Shown here: positions 23,733-36,200 of the stretch, in pieces | How positions within the stretch are numbered: position 1 is the first letter of the stretch | Layout: every line of letters begins with the position of its first letter | Assembly (NCBI RefSeq): GCF_018977255.1 | Contig: NW_024704742.1 | Location: forward strand, 118,670,001-118,734,000 | Length of the DNA stretch: 64,000 nt | From: Callorhinchus milii | Taxonomy: Eukaryota | Direction of reading: 5' to 3' | Notes under the pieces: model-generated | Told to the model about the DNA's origin: nothing | Databases searched by the model: none | What the model saw: the letters and a program-made list of their open reading frames with translations, nothing else | Made by a program: the position numbers and the translations under genes

Positions 23733-25869
23733 TATTTGAAACAAAGGTATTTCTTCTGGTGTCCTAGACAACAATCTTTCAGTTAAATTGGCTATTTCAT
23801 TTTATGTTTCATGTTTGTGGGAATTTGCTGTGTGCATAATTGGCTGCTGTATTACAGCCATTACAATTAACATCTGTTATTTGTGAATCTCTGAGATATT
23901 TTGGTAGGTTCTACTTTAAACACTTTAACTGCACATTTTTATGTTGTAGTATTTCTATGTATGATGTGACAAATGTGCTTTGCAATTTGAGACTCAGAGC
24001 GTTCCTTTGGTATTTTATAATCTGATTTATTTTCTGTGATTTCTTAATTCCTGATATACATCTGTAAATGAATGTTGTTTCTATTCATAGCCTTCGTGGA
24101 AGGTACAATTAAAATTTGTTACTATATGAGTTTTCTGTGCTTGATTTGGCCAGCAATTTGAAAAGTTAAACTTCCAGGGTTTTTTTAGTGTGTGTAATAT
24201 ATTATCATTGTCCAATAGAACTGCTTGGCTAGTGCTTCTCAGTTCCCTGGTCCTTGAAATGGTCTTGTGAATTCATCATGACTGCTAATTTAAATTAATG
24301 TATAGGAAACTTGGCATTATTTCAAATTGTGCCTATTGATTTTCAATGTTGTGACAAGTGTGCAGTTTCAAAAAAAGGTTAGCTGCTTATTCTATGTTAA
24401 ATCAGAAAAAAAGGATTGACGTAAAGCTGCAATGCAATAATTGAACTAGGATTCACTCAACCATAATTTACTTCTATGCCTGCATCTGTAAAGAATATAT
24501 ATTGTAATTCAATAATAATAATAATCCTTGCACTTGATATAGTGCTTTATCACGCCTATGAATCGTCTGAATATGCTTCACAGAATAGTGGATTGTCTGA
24601 TTGTTGCTCACAGTAATGTCCCACAAACAGCCATGGAATGAGTGACCAATCTTATTTGGGGGATTGTTGGCAGGACACCAGGAGAACTTCCCTTCTCTTT
24701 TCGAATAGTGCCATGGGATCTTTAACATTCACCTAGACAGGCAGATGGGACCTTGGTTTGATTTCTAATCCGAAGGATAGCACCCTGACAAGCTTCTCGG
24801 TGGGCAACACAGCTCAGCATGAAACATCATTGCTGCCATCTTCCTCTCTGCAGCTTGGACACACATCCCTTTCCCATTGAGTGATGGTTCACCAATTGCT
24901 TACTCATCTGCTTAATCCAGGTCCTCATGTGAGGAGCTTTGGCAAATAGCCATGTCAATCCCCAGGGTGGTTAGTTCGATGGGTCAGTGCAGGCTGGAGC
25001 CCTCCTTCCCTGCAGCCGCTTCCCGTGTTTGCCATAAATCTACCTCACTGCTTGATCCTGGACTTTTTAAATAGGCCTGAGGTCGGCCCTCTGCTGCATC
25101 CTAGGAGCTCGGATCCGTAAAGGAGGCCTGTTTGCACACGGGTCTTGTATGCTGCAAACTTAACCTACATTGGGTTCTTTGTCTGTCCAGCACCTTGAGA
25201 CTTCCTCCTGACATGAAAGGCACTATACAAATGTAATTTTGTTGTTGTTGATGTCCTCGAAGAGGGACGAGCATGACCAGAGTAACCTACGCCCTCTTCT
25301 CAGCACGGTCCTTCAGGACAGTGTCCAGGTAAAAACTGTAAACCACGACACCGAGGTTCCAATAAGGATCAACAATTGAAAATTTGCCCTTGTATCTTAC
25401 AAACAATACCCTTCATGTATTCTATAGTTCTTGTAGCTATAGTAATCGTGAAATCAGCAGTTTGTAGTGAAACTTAGCAAATGTAATCTTTGGGAATCTT
25501 GAGACTGTAAAATCTTTACAGAATTATTAGGCAAATCTCCAATGATCCTGAACTTTAGATCTAGTACATACTGAAGTGATTATAGCCACCACTTTGTGTG
25601 TGAACAACATTGTAAATTGTCACATACCCTATTATTACTGTATAATTATCCAATCACAATAAATGGTACCTGTGGATACCACATTGTGTGGTTATCGAAT
25701 CACAATACATGAAACCTGAATACCATGTTACAGATACCTATTATATTATGGGAGGCATATCGCTTATGTAACCTTAAGTTTACGCTAAAGTTTCAAAATA
25801 TGTTGTGAGCATGAAATTCCCTTCTGTTGTGTTGAGGTAGAAAGTCCTCATTGCACCTACTCTATGCTT

Positions 25870-26210
25870 CTACAACAACAACAAGAAGAAGATTACATTT
25901 GTATAGCGCCTTTCATATCGGGAGGATGTCCCATGGCGCTGAACAGCATTTCATACCCAAGCTGGGGTCAGGGGGGGAGAAGGAAGGGCAAGGGGGGTGG
26001 CTGATGGCATAGTCGAAGAGGAGGGTCATGAGGTGGGATTTGAATGAGGCTAAGGAGGGTGCGAGGCGGAGTGATTGGGGGATGGAATTCCAGAGGTTGG
26101 GGGCAGAGTGGCTGAAGGCTCTCCCGCCAATGGTGGGGCGGGTGGGTCGGGGGACAGGGAGCAGGCTGGAGCCGGCTGAGCTGAGGGAATGGGCGGGTTG
26201 GTAGGGGACG
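25870..26210 (-). mobile_element. L2-like 3' fragment
   Basis: Reverse complement of the copies at 1250-1470 and 7150-7480. Confidence 0.85.
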
Positions 26211-27143
26211 GAAGAAAACGCACATGTCTGAAATTATCGCAAATTCTCAGTATTTCTTTTCTGGATAAATTGAACAAAATCTTATTCAAACCTAGGAATT
26301 AGTTATTCAAGATCCTAAAACTTTAGCTTGAGTTTTAAATATCCGGCATTGTAGGCTTCTTTCCATATCAGTATTTTATTTTTAAAAAACTTCCGTTTTT
26401 GAGCTGATGTGTTGAAAGGATTTGTGTAATGGATTGAGGAAGAATAGCAGCAGCATCTGTCCCGGAAAATAACAATTGTTATGAAATTCTCCAAATTGAT
26501 GTCATATTCACATGATGACCATTGGTGTACTGTGTTCAGAGTACTGTGGAGCAACTGTGGTACAATCCAAATATCATGTTGTTGGGGGTATTGGCTTAAT
26601 GGTGCTAAAAGCAATTTATGGTGCATTCAGCTCCATTAATAATTGTATGCTTTTTACTCTCAAAAGAGGATATAAAGGGGATCTGTTTGTTCCAACCCCT
26701 AAGACTCCAAACTCACACACCAAAACTTGAAGATGCAGAATAATACAATAAGTGTTTGTAATAAATCTGTTAATCAAGTGCAGTCTAGGTTTTTACACAA
26801 ATCAAGGTGAAGATTCATATTTGGAAATATTGTATTAGCATCAGCAAACCTACACAGATCATTTTTATGAATTAGATGGATCTAATATGAGACATTATAA
26901 AATTAATGTTTATGATTTTTCAGTATGTTCAATTAAGTTGTTACTGTATTTTGTAACCATCTACATTGATGAGTTATAATAAGTGAACAAAATCAGCTTC
27001 ATTATTATAGCTTTGTTAATCTAACAGAACTGTTCAAAAACAAATATTTTAGTGGATATGACTTAAACAAATTGCTTTCATGTCACAACTTCTGTCTTCT
27101 TTGTAGGTGAAGGAATAAATGCACACCTCAAGAGAAGGCGAGC

Positions 27144-27241
27144 ATGTTCCCTAATTCTCCCAATCTGGGTCGTCAACCCTACTCTCCTGTTTTTTTCCCC
27201 CATCAACAGTTCATTAACAGTCACAACTTTAGGAATGTAAC
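27144..27241 (+). CDS. TENT2: TENT2 coding exon 1 (exon begins 27107): [32 protein letters not shown]
   Basis: Acceptor tctttgtag at 27106, ATG at 27144, donor AC|GTGAGT at 27242 (phase 2). The N-terminus resembles human MFPNSILGRPP. Confidence 0.9.
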
Positions 27242-30200
27242 GTGAGTGCAGCACAATTTATTCTAGTATTTTAAGAACCCTGCTGTTTATTTTAAGAATT
27301 GTTTTGCTGTATATGTTAAATAAATAAGAGTACCTCAAATGAAGTATAGATAAATATTTGCTTGTGATTATTGAGGGATATAGAGAGAGGGCAAGGAGTT
27401 GGAAATGAGTTACATATCAGCCATGATGTAGGAAATTGCTACGGCAGACTCAATTGGCCGAATGGCCTCCTCCTGTTCCTATATGCATTGCACTATTGTA
27501 TCACAGTTACACGCTAATTAAAGCACCAGAATCTGCACTTTTTTTTATAATTGTGCTTATTCCTCATTTTCTATGCCACATAACTAAAATTGTGCTTTGC
27601 ATTGTTGAAATTTTTTTCTTAAAGTAATACAGTAATTAAATCTTGATGTGTACTGAGTTAAGTAAAGCTTTTAAAAGCCACCAGAGTATGCATGCTTTCC
27701 ATTAAGTAGTTCTATTGAGTAAAAAAATCCTTCAGAACAAATTTTCCTGATGTTGGCAAGTTTCTACAGGTAGGGGAGATTTGTTTTCACTTGATATCTC
27801 CCTTGACATATTGAGTTTGGGAAGTTAGCATTGTTTTGATAAGGAATTGCAAATCCTCCAGGAAACCAGTGAGCTCTGTGTTTTTTAAAGCAAATAATAC
27901 CAAAACTTTGATCTAATTGTTGTTTGTTCAATATGTTATTGCAGCTTTCCTGGTACCATTCTGACAGGAGAGGTTTCTCCAGGACCATCACAGGTTTGGC
28001 CTTTCTATAATGCCTATCCTGTATTTACACAAAATCTGCCCAACAGCCATGGCAGGAAGTAAGTCAAATTCAGCATTTAAAGTCACCAAGCACCAATATG
28101 AATTGTTACTTGTCTTAATACAAATCATAAGGAGGTTTAAGTGACTTCTATTTCAATGTTTTAATAATCTGATGCAGAGTAGTTTGATATTCTGTATTGC
28201 AGAAGAAGGAGTGATGAGCGAAGTGGTCCTTATGACGTCAAGCGCCAGAGGTTTCAGTCACCACAATCTCAGCCACCTAGCAGTGCAGTGCCTTTTCGAG
28301 CCGATCGCAGACATTCAGTCCCTTCACCTGGAATTTCGTCTTTGCTTCCACTCATAGATTACCCACAAAACGATCTCCAAGTTGCCAGGGACAAGGTAAT
28401 TAATTCACTGCCAAATATTTTGGTAATGTGCAACTCGATACAAAGTAACAAGTACATTAGAAGGGCTATTATCCAAATGCACTGGGTGATGCAGAAGCAT
28501 TTTACTGAATAAAAATGATCCTATTCTCCAGTTTAGTGTAATGGAAACTTAGCTGCTCAGGAAATTAGATCGTCATTTTTGGTGAACTTTGTTGAAAGAC
28601 CAGGACTCATGGGTGTATTTCAGTAACTGAAGACGAACAATAGTTCTGGGTAGTTGTGTTTGTTTAATTGAATATTTTGAATATATTAATTTAATCAAAA
28701 TATTAATTATGTTTTATTACAAAGCTGGGTTTTTCTTTCTTTGGATTCCATTAGAACAGAATCCTGGAGCAATTTTATTGATGGAAATATGCCTGGCTTT
28801 ACAAGTGACAGGTGGATCATGTCTTAGGTGTCAGTGTACTCAGTTGGTAACACTCTTCTTACCTCTGAGACTTTGAGCTCACAGCCTAGGCTGATAATCC
28901 AATCCTGTGTTGGGAGTGTGCAACATTATCGGATTTTTTTGTTTGGATTTTTTTGGCCAGTCTGACACATGCGGAAATCCATCATCATGCGAAAGAGTAT
29001 CCAAACCAAACTGAGAATTCCATGCATCCCACCTACATGTGGACATTCTCGTGTACTGGAATGAAATTGTGAAGTGATGACTGTATTTTGTGGGAGAAAT
29101 GATTTTTTTAAGAAAAAATCAAACAAAAGGATATTTATTATTTGACATTATTTGTTAACTCCCACCTCATACTTGAATCCAAAAACGGTACTGCGCATAT
29201 ATGCCATCCATCTTTTTAACTAGGGTTGTGAACTCCCATCAACAACAAAATGACCAGTATGCTTAGTTTACTTTTATTTAGTGGATAGAATTGTGCTTAT
29301 TCAGATAATTTATTCGTAGACCTTTCATAGAGATTGCATAGGAATTGTCAGTGACCATATTAGGTATAATTTATTACTGTAATTTCCATTGAAAAAATAG
29401 CTTTTGAAACACTCTGACATCCTTGTTAAATAAATAAAAGAGAAGCTATTTTGTAGATCTGCTGGGTGCAATAGAATATGCAGTGAAATGGTGACTGTGT
29501 AACAGTGTGTAACACTGTGTAACAGTGTCAAAACAGTATGCAAGATCAAAGATACTGTCCAATAATGGAAACAGACATTTCAACTCAGCAGGAAGCCATT
29601 CAACCCACTGTTCCTCTTCTATGGTAGCTCCCACTGAGTTATCCATTCCCTGCTCTTTTAAGACAGTCTTAAAATTAGAACTAAATCTGTTACAAGTAAG
29701 ATCAGAAAGCATTTCTTCACATGGAAGGATGTGAAATGTATTGCCTAGAAGACTGTACAGGCAGAATTAAAAAGAATGTTTCAAAGACAGACAGATACTT
29801 CAGGTATGAAGGGGTATCGAGAAAAGGTAGGGAAATGGGATTAAACAGAGTAGGAAAAGCATGGAGTGCAGGAAGTGTCGTGGGTAAAGACCTGAGACTT
29901 GGACATCTTCCTTAATTTATGATTTCATTTTACATTTAACTTGCAGTAGCCCTTCACATGGGATAGCATCCTGGATTGACAGATAGAGTCTGACCCCAAG
30001 CCAGGGGAAGAAAGAGGGGGAGGTGACTGTAAGCACGATCAAAAACAAAGGTCTTTAGGTGGGATTTGAAAGTGGGGACAGATGGGGCAAGGTGTAGGGA
30101 TTGAGCGAGAGAGTTACAGAGACTCAGGGCTTCGTGACTGAAAGCACTGCTGCCGATGGTGGAGCGCAGTTGGCAAGGGACGAACAGGAGGCCGGAGCCA

Positions 30201-33200
30201 GCCGAGCTGAGCCAGCGGGTGGTAGAATCGGGGTAAGCAAGTCAAATTGATAGGGAGGTACAAGTGAATGAAGGGATTGAAAACGAGTGAGAGGACCTTG
30301 AAGTTGTTTCGTTTGGTGATTGGGAACCAGTAGAGCCTGGTAAGGTGTGGTGGGGGTACAGAGTTTTGTGTGTGTTAGTATCCAGGCAGCGGAGTTCTGA
30401 ATTAATAGAATTTTGTGTGTGGTAAATTAGGGAGACCAGCGAGGAGGGCACTGGAATAGTCCAGCCGAGAAGTGACAAAGCCTTGGACGAGGGTTTTGGC
30501 TGCTGTGGGTGTGAGGTACATATATAGGCGGGCAATGTGGCGGAGGTGGAAAAAAGCAGTCCTGGTCAGGGAATGGATATGGGGTAGAAACGAAAGCTTT
30601 AGTACCTACCTAAGTTGTGCATGGGTTCGGTGAGTCTAAGGGAGAGCCCTAGGAGCTTGAGGAGTTTGGACCCGCAGGAAAGAAGACATTGACGGGAGCC
30701 AAAGAATATGGCTTCCGTCTTGCCGATGTTCAGGTGCAGGAAGTTTGCATTCATCCAGGCCTTGATGTCCATCAAGCAAGCTGACAGGACCTCAGCGGAC
30801 TGTGGGAGTCACAGCTGGAGGAGGAGAAGCAGATTTGGGTGTCATCTGTATACGTGTGGAAGTTAACCCCATGTCTATGGATGACATTGCTGCGAGGGAG
30901 CATGAAAATGAGGAAAAGAATGGGGCCAAGGATGGAGCCTTGGGGTACTCCGCAGGTGACTGGGCGGTGTTGGGAGGAGAAACCGTTTGCCGAGATGTAC
31001 TGTTGGCGGTTAGTCAAATAGGACTTCAACATGCGAGTGCGGGCCCACTAAGGTGGATGAGGGAGGAGAGACAGTAGAGGAGGATGGAATGATTAACTGT
31101 CGAACGGGGTGGAGAGCAGGCAGAGAGAGAGGACGTCATTTGTTATTTTGAGGAGCACTGTCTCTGTACTGTGGGCAGGGTGAAAACCAGACTGGAGGGT
31201 TCGAGTAAGGAGTGGAGGAAGAGGTGTGAGCAAAGTTGATTTGCATAATGCGTTCCAAAACTTTGGCCAGGGAGGGCAGGTCTGAAATGGGTCTGAAATT
31301 TTTTGAGGTTGGAGGGATTGAGGTTAGGTTTTATAAGGAGAGAACTGATGGTACCAGTTTTGAGGGGGTGGGACAGAGCCTGAGGAGAAGGATTGGTTAT
31401 TGTGTCAGCCAGCAGTGGAGGGGGAGCTGGGTGGGGAGGGGGCCAAGGCAGCAGATGGTGGGCTTCATTTTGGTGATGGTGGGGGAAAAGGAGGGGACAG
31501 AGATGGGGACAAATGATTGGAGGGTATTTGTGTGGTAGGAGAAGAGGGCGGTGAAGGAGGCATGGGGTTGGCGTGGTGGTAGTAGACCACATGGGAAGGA
31601 GGAGGAGGCAACCAAGGGGATATTGTCGATCTTGGCGATAAAGTCCAGGACCTCTTCACGCTTGGCATCTGAAGTAAGGATCGAGGGTGGTTGAGGCGGG
31701 CATGGAGGAGATGGTGGGTTGTTTAGAACAGGTTTGGGGCTTATTTTTGGCCTTGAGAATGGCCTGTGAATAGAAAGTGGTTTTGACTTGAGAGACGGAG
31801 CGGCGGTAGGTATGGAGGTGCTCGAGCCACAGTTGGTGGTGAACCGTGAGGCCAGTTTTGTGCTATCTCTGCTCGAGCAACCGGGTTTGGGATTCGAGGG
31901 AGCGGAGGTCACTGTTATACAGAGGGAGCGGGCAGGCTTGAAAACAAACCTGGTTTCAGGAGGACAACAACAACAACAACAACAAAATTACATTTTTAGA
32001 GCACCTTGCACGTCGATGAGAGAGCATTTGTGAGGGAATCGAGGGGAAGCTTTTTCCATGTGCAGGAAAAGATGGTGGAAGGCTTGGAGGAGGGGAGGGT
32101 GATGTGAGAAGAGAGGTAGATGAGGAAGAGGTTTGAGATGGCCTTAATAATAATAATAATCCTTGCATTTGATATAGCGCTTTTCACGTCAGGAGGACGT
32201 CCCAAAGCCCTTCACAGAACACACTAAAGTGAATTGACTGTATATTTGTGGGCGAACACGGCAGCCAATTGTGCACAGCAATGTCCCACAAACAGTCGTA
32301 GATTGAAAATGACCAATTTATTATTGTTTTTTGTTTTGGAGGGATTATTATTAGGCGTGTGGAGTAAGGAAACTTTCCCAGGGTTTCGCCCTGTGCCTGG
32401 AATTGAACCCAGGTCTCTCACTTGCAAAGCGAGTGCTCTAACCACTGAGCTACAGGACTCCACGATGGATAGATCCGTGATATTTAGGCCTGGGCGATGA
32501 CTAGTTTAAGGGGGTGGTCACAGTTGTTGATTGGGGAGTTTACGTTGAGGGTTTAGAGTGGAGAGGACGGTGAAGTCAGAGGAGATAGGGCAGGGGTAAT
32601 TTAGATGGAGATTGAAATCGCCCATTATGAGTAGATGCTTTGTGCAGAGCATCAGGGATGAGAGGAGAGAGGAGATATCTGAGGAAGGAGCCAGGAGGAT
32701 TGGGATGCAGTAGACTAGGAAAATTTTGAAGGAGAGAGAGGAGGGATAGTATAAGGTGAAGTGCTCCAAAGAGGGGAAACAGCCACAGGATGTACTCATC
32801 CAGGATGAGCTTGTGGATTACAAGAGCTTTGTTAGAGAGGGAGCGGACATTGTGGAGGCCAATGCAAATGGGGGTGCAGGTGGGGGAGGTTGGGGGTGGT
32901 TGTGGATATTGGGGGCCGGGGACCGGCTGTGGAGAGTGAGCGGGAAGAGTTGGGAAGGATGTGGATCAGAGAAGGGGGGGTTTTACCTGTCGGAGGTGGG
33001 AGAGGTGGGCCTTGCGGACTAAGTGGGGGATGTGGCAGTCGGGGTGGTTGCTCTGGGACAAAGATCGCCGAGTGCCATGGTGAGCCTGGTGGAGAATGCT
33101 CATGCTGGAGCAGAGGGAGGCTGTGGGAGGGTCCAGGAAGGAGAGGGCAGTAGGAGAGGACCCATTTTAATGATAATTGAGAATTGGATCCTAATGGTGC

Positions 33201-36200
33201 AGTTTAATATTTTAAGATTTCTTGTTTGTAGCTGAGTCAACAGATTTTGGAACTCTTCCATGACTGTCAACAACAGTCAATTGATCTGGATAAAAAGGAT
33301 CTATGTCGCGCAGAACTTCAGCGGGAAATTCAACGAATCTTTCCACGTAAGTTTCATTATTAGCTCCTGCTGCATTGTCTGCTCAGACACCACTCGTTTA
33401 GTAGAATCTTACAACAGTTCTACTTGGTGCAACGTTTACTTGAACTTCGGGATACCTGGGTAAAGAATTTGTAATGAGTAAATCTGAAAAAAAAGTATAG
33501 AATGCTTCCAACAGATTGTTTAAAAAAACATTGTTTGAATGCAAAAGTAGTTTAAAAAATACTCCTCCCCCCCCCTCCAATCTCTCTTCCTGTCAAAACT
33601 GACAGGGCCCAACATTGTGGGGGGGGGTTTCTGTCTCTCACCCATCACCATGTTTAAGAGTATACAAAGCAAATTAAGAATTCTATACATCCCACCTACA
33701 CATGGAAATTCATTTTGTGTGTGTGTGTTATATAGCCAGTAATCTGGAATCACCAGCTGTTATTTCAACTGTGTTGGTAAACTTCCCTTTTGCACCCAAA
33801 ATAATCTTTTTGTTCCTTTTCTTTTTCCAAGCTTATGTTTTTTTTAAAACAGTTTATTTTACTTCAGCTTTGCACATATGCTTGTATTTTTAACAAATTA
33901 ATTTTTCCATAATGTCTTTGATTTTGTATCTAGCCTCAATAATATATCTGAATGAACCCTTTACATGCAGATAATACCTCAGAGCAGTTTACATTCAGAA
34001 GTGAATAAATGCTACATTTTCCGAATCCTGATTACACTGTAGAATTTTTTTTGTTTGGGTTTCGATATAACATACATGAATGAGCACGTATCTGGTAAGC
34101 TTTTTGCTGCCTGTCCAACTCGGACAACTCTGTCCGTTAGGGTTGAAGCTTGCAGAGTTAACAGAGCCAAGTGAGAAGAATCCCTGTCCCCCCACCCGTG
34201 ACTGATCTGCCCCTTAACTCCTGTTGATGAGCCAGGCTGGCTATTCTGTCATTAACAGTGCCTTGGAGTACTGTGGATCTGTCTGACTCAGGAACTAGCC
34301 TACCAAGGCTGCCAGAGAGGATGAACTCGGTTCCAATATTTCATTGCCAGGCACATTCACCTTGGATCCTACTCAAGGTCTGATCCCATAGATGGATAGT
34401 ATAATAAATTTAGACCTTTTTGTGTTTCAGAGACAAAGTTGTATTTGGTTGGTTCTTCGCTGAATGGATTTGGTACTCGCAGTAGTGATGCAGATCTCTG
34501 CCTCGTGCTAATAGACAAACAGGTTTGTTTATTTTAAGAAGATGGATTTGCACTTAATATTTTGCCACTTGACTTATTGAAAAATGTTTTTGTATCTTTT
34601 TGTTCCTTCAGATAAATCAAAAGTCCGAAGCACTTCACATACTCACTTTAATCCAACAACTTTTTTACAGACTATGTAAGTCATTCGTAAAGTACAGTAG
34701 ATTTCTCTGTTCTTTTTCTGCCTCAATGATCATCTTTCTTTTTCTGACTCTAATCCTACACTGTACAAAGGTATAAACACTTAATTTTTCGCTACTGCCA
34801 AAAAAAATTCTGTTGTGCACATTCTGAAAGCAGTGCATGAGATTGGTGTTGTGCTACTAAATCATGTGCTTAATAACCTCATAAGCATGAGAGAGAGTGG
34901 TGGAAACTCAGCTGATAGTAGTGGTTTAGAGGGAATAGAAGTCTCAGATGACTCCTGATTATGATTAAACACTGAAAAGTCGGCAAACAAGCAAGGTATC
35001 CTGTAGCTTCTTAATGCCTGGAGTTGTGTTTTCTATATATATTTAAAACCTATATTTGTTTTAAATATGTGGACTTGTGGTTAAAATAAGGTCATTTTAG
35101 GCTTCATTGTAGATTTTGAGAATGTATTTCTGAAGACAAATTGAACTTTGTTTTTTTTCTTAACAGCTTACATTGAGAGACCTCAACTGATCCGAGCAAA
35201 AGTGCCAATAGTAAAATTCAGGGATAAAGTTAGGTAAGTGGGTGTTTGAATACCGGCAAATATTTTTCAGTGTAATCTATCATATGAAAGATTTAAGACA
35301 ATCATTCCATAGAGATGTATTTGGAAAGTTTGTTACAATAATTAATTTGAAAAACATTTTTTTAAAAACCTTTTGCAGTGTATGTAGTAAACCAAAAATA
35401 TTCATCTTTGTTCACTCACGATTGAGTGAAATTGCTAATAAAAAAAAATCTGGAAAAATAACTTATCTCATTTGGTTGGTAATAATTGAAGATGACCTTT
35501 AATTATCAATCTATATTTGTAACATGGGAATTGAAATCTGGAAGCAGATTTTAATTGTGCAAAACGCTGGAGTAAGTAACTGAATGCTGTTATGTTTGCG
35601 GTAGACTGGATAATTCTGGATCAAATGTATTGATTTAGGCTGTACTTTATTTTACAATTACAGCCTCCAAAACCAATGTCCACACACACTATATGACTGA
35701 TTTAGTTGCTATTTTCATTTCATCAAAATATAGCACTATTTTAGATCTTTTCAAATAAATCTGGAATAGTACTTAATAAAATATATTATTTTTCATTGTC
35801 CATTGTCTAGTAACACACTTTGTTAAACTGTATTATTGAGTACAAATTAAGCCTGATAGTTCTCAGTCAGTGTCTGGCATAGAATTTGAGAATTTAATTT
35901 TTCGAAAAAGATTTTGGGGAATGGAAGATGCATCATTCATCTACAGTGAGCAAATGTTTTTATTAACTACAGAAGTACTCTGTAATATATTTTTTATTAA
36001 AGGACTGCAGCATATTTAGCTAGGCAAAATTAATGAATGCTGAATGTTTTCTAAAATCTATTTATGTACATTGGTACTAATGTTATATTTTGTGTTTGCA
36101 GTGGTGTGGAATGTGACTTGAATGTAAACAATGTTGTAGGAATAAGAAACACATTTCTACTGAGGACCTATGCATATAGTAAGTAAAAAAAATATATAGT

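Noticed and set aside
29496..29530. Short tandem duplications (TGTGTAACA(G/C) x3; also 6781-6800 and 8402-8430)
   Set aside because: Ordinary slippage-type micro-duplications with no sign of function.
34595..34611. Possible 4-aa extended acceptor like the human CFFQ isoform
   Set aside because: There is no AG 12 nt upstream of the acceptor in this sequence.
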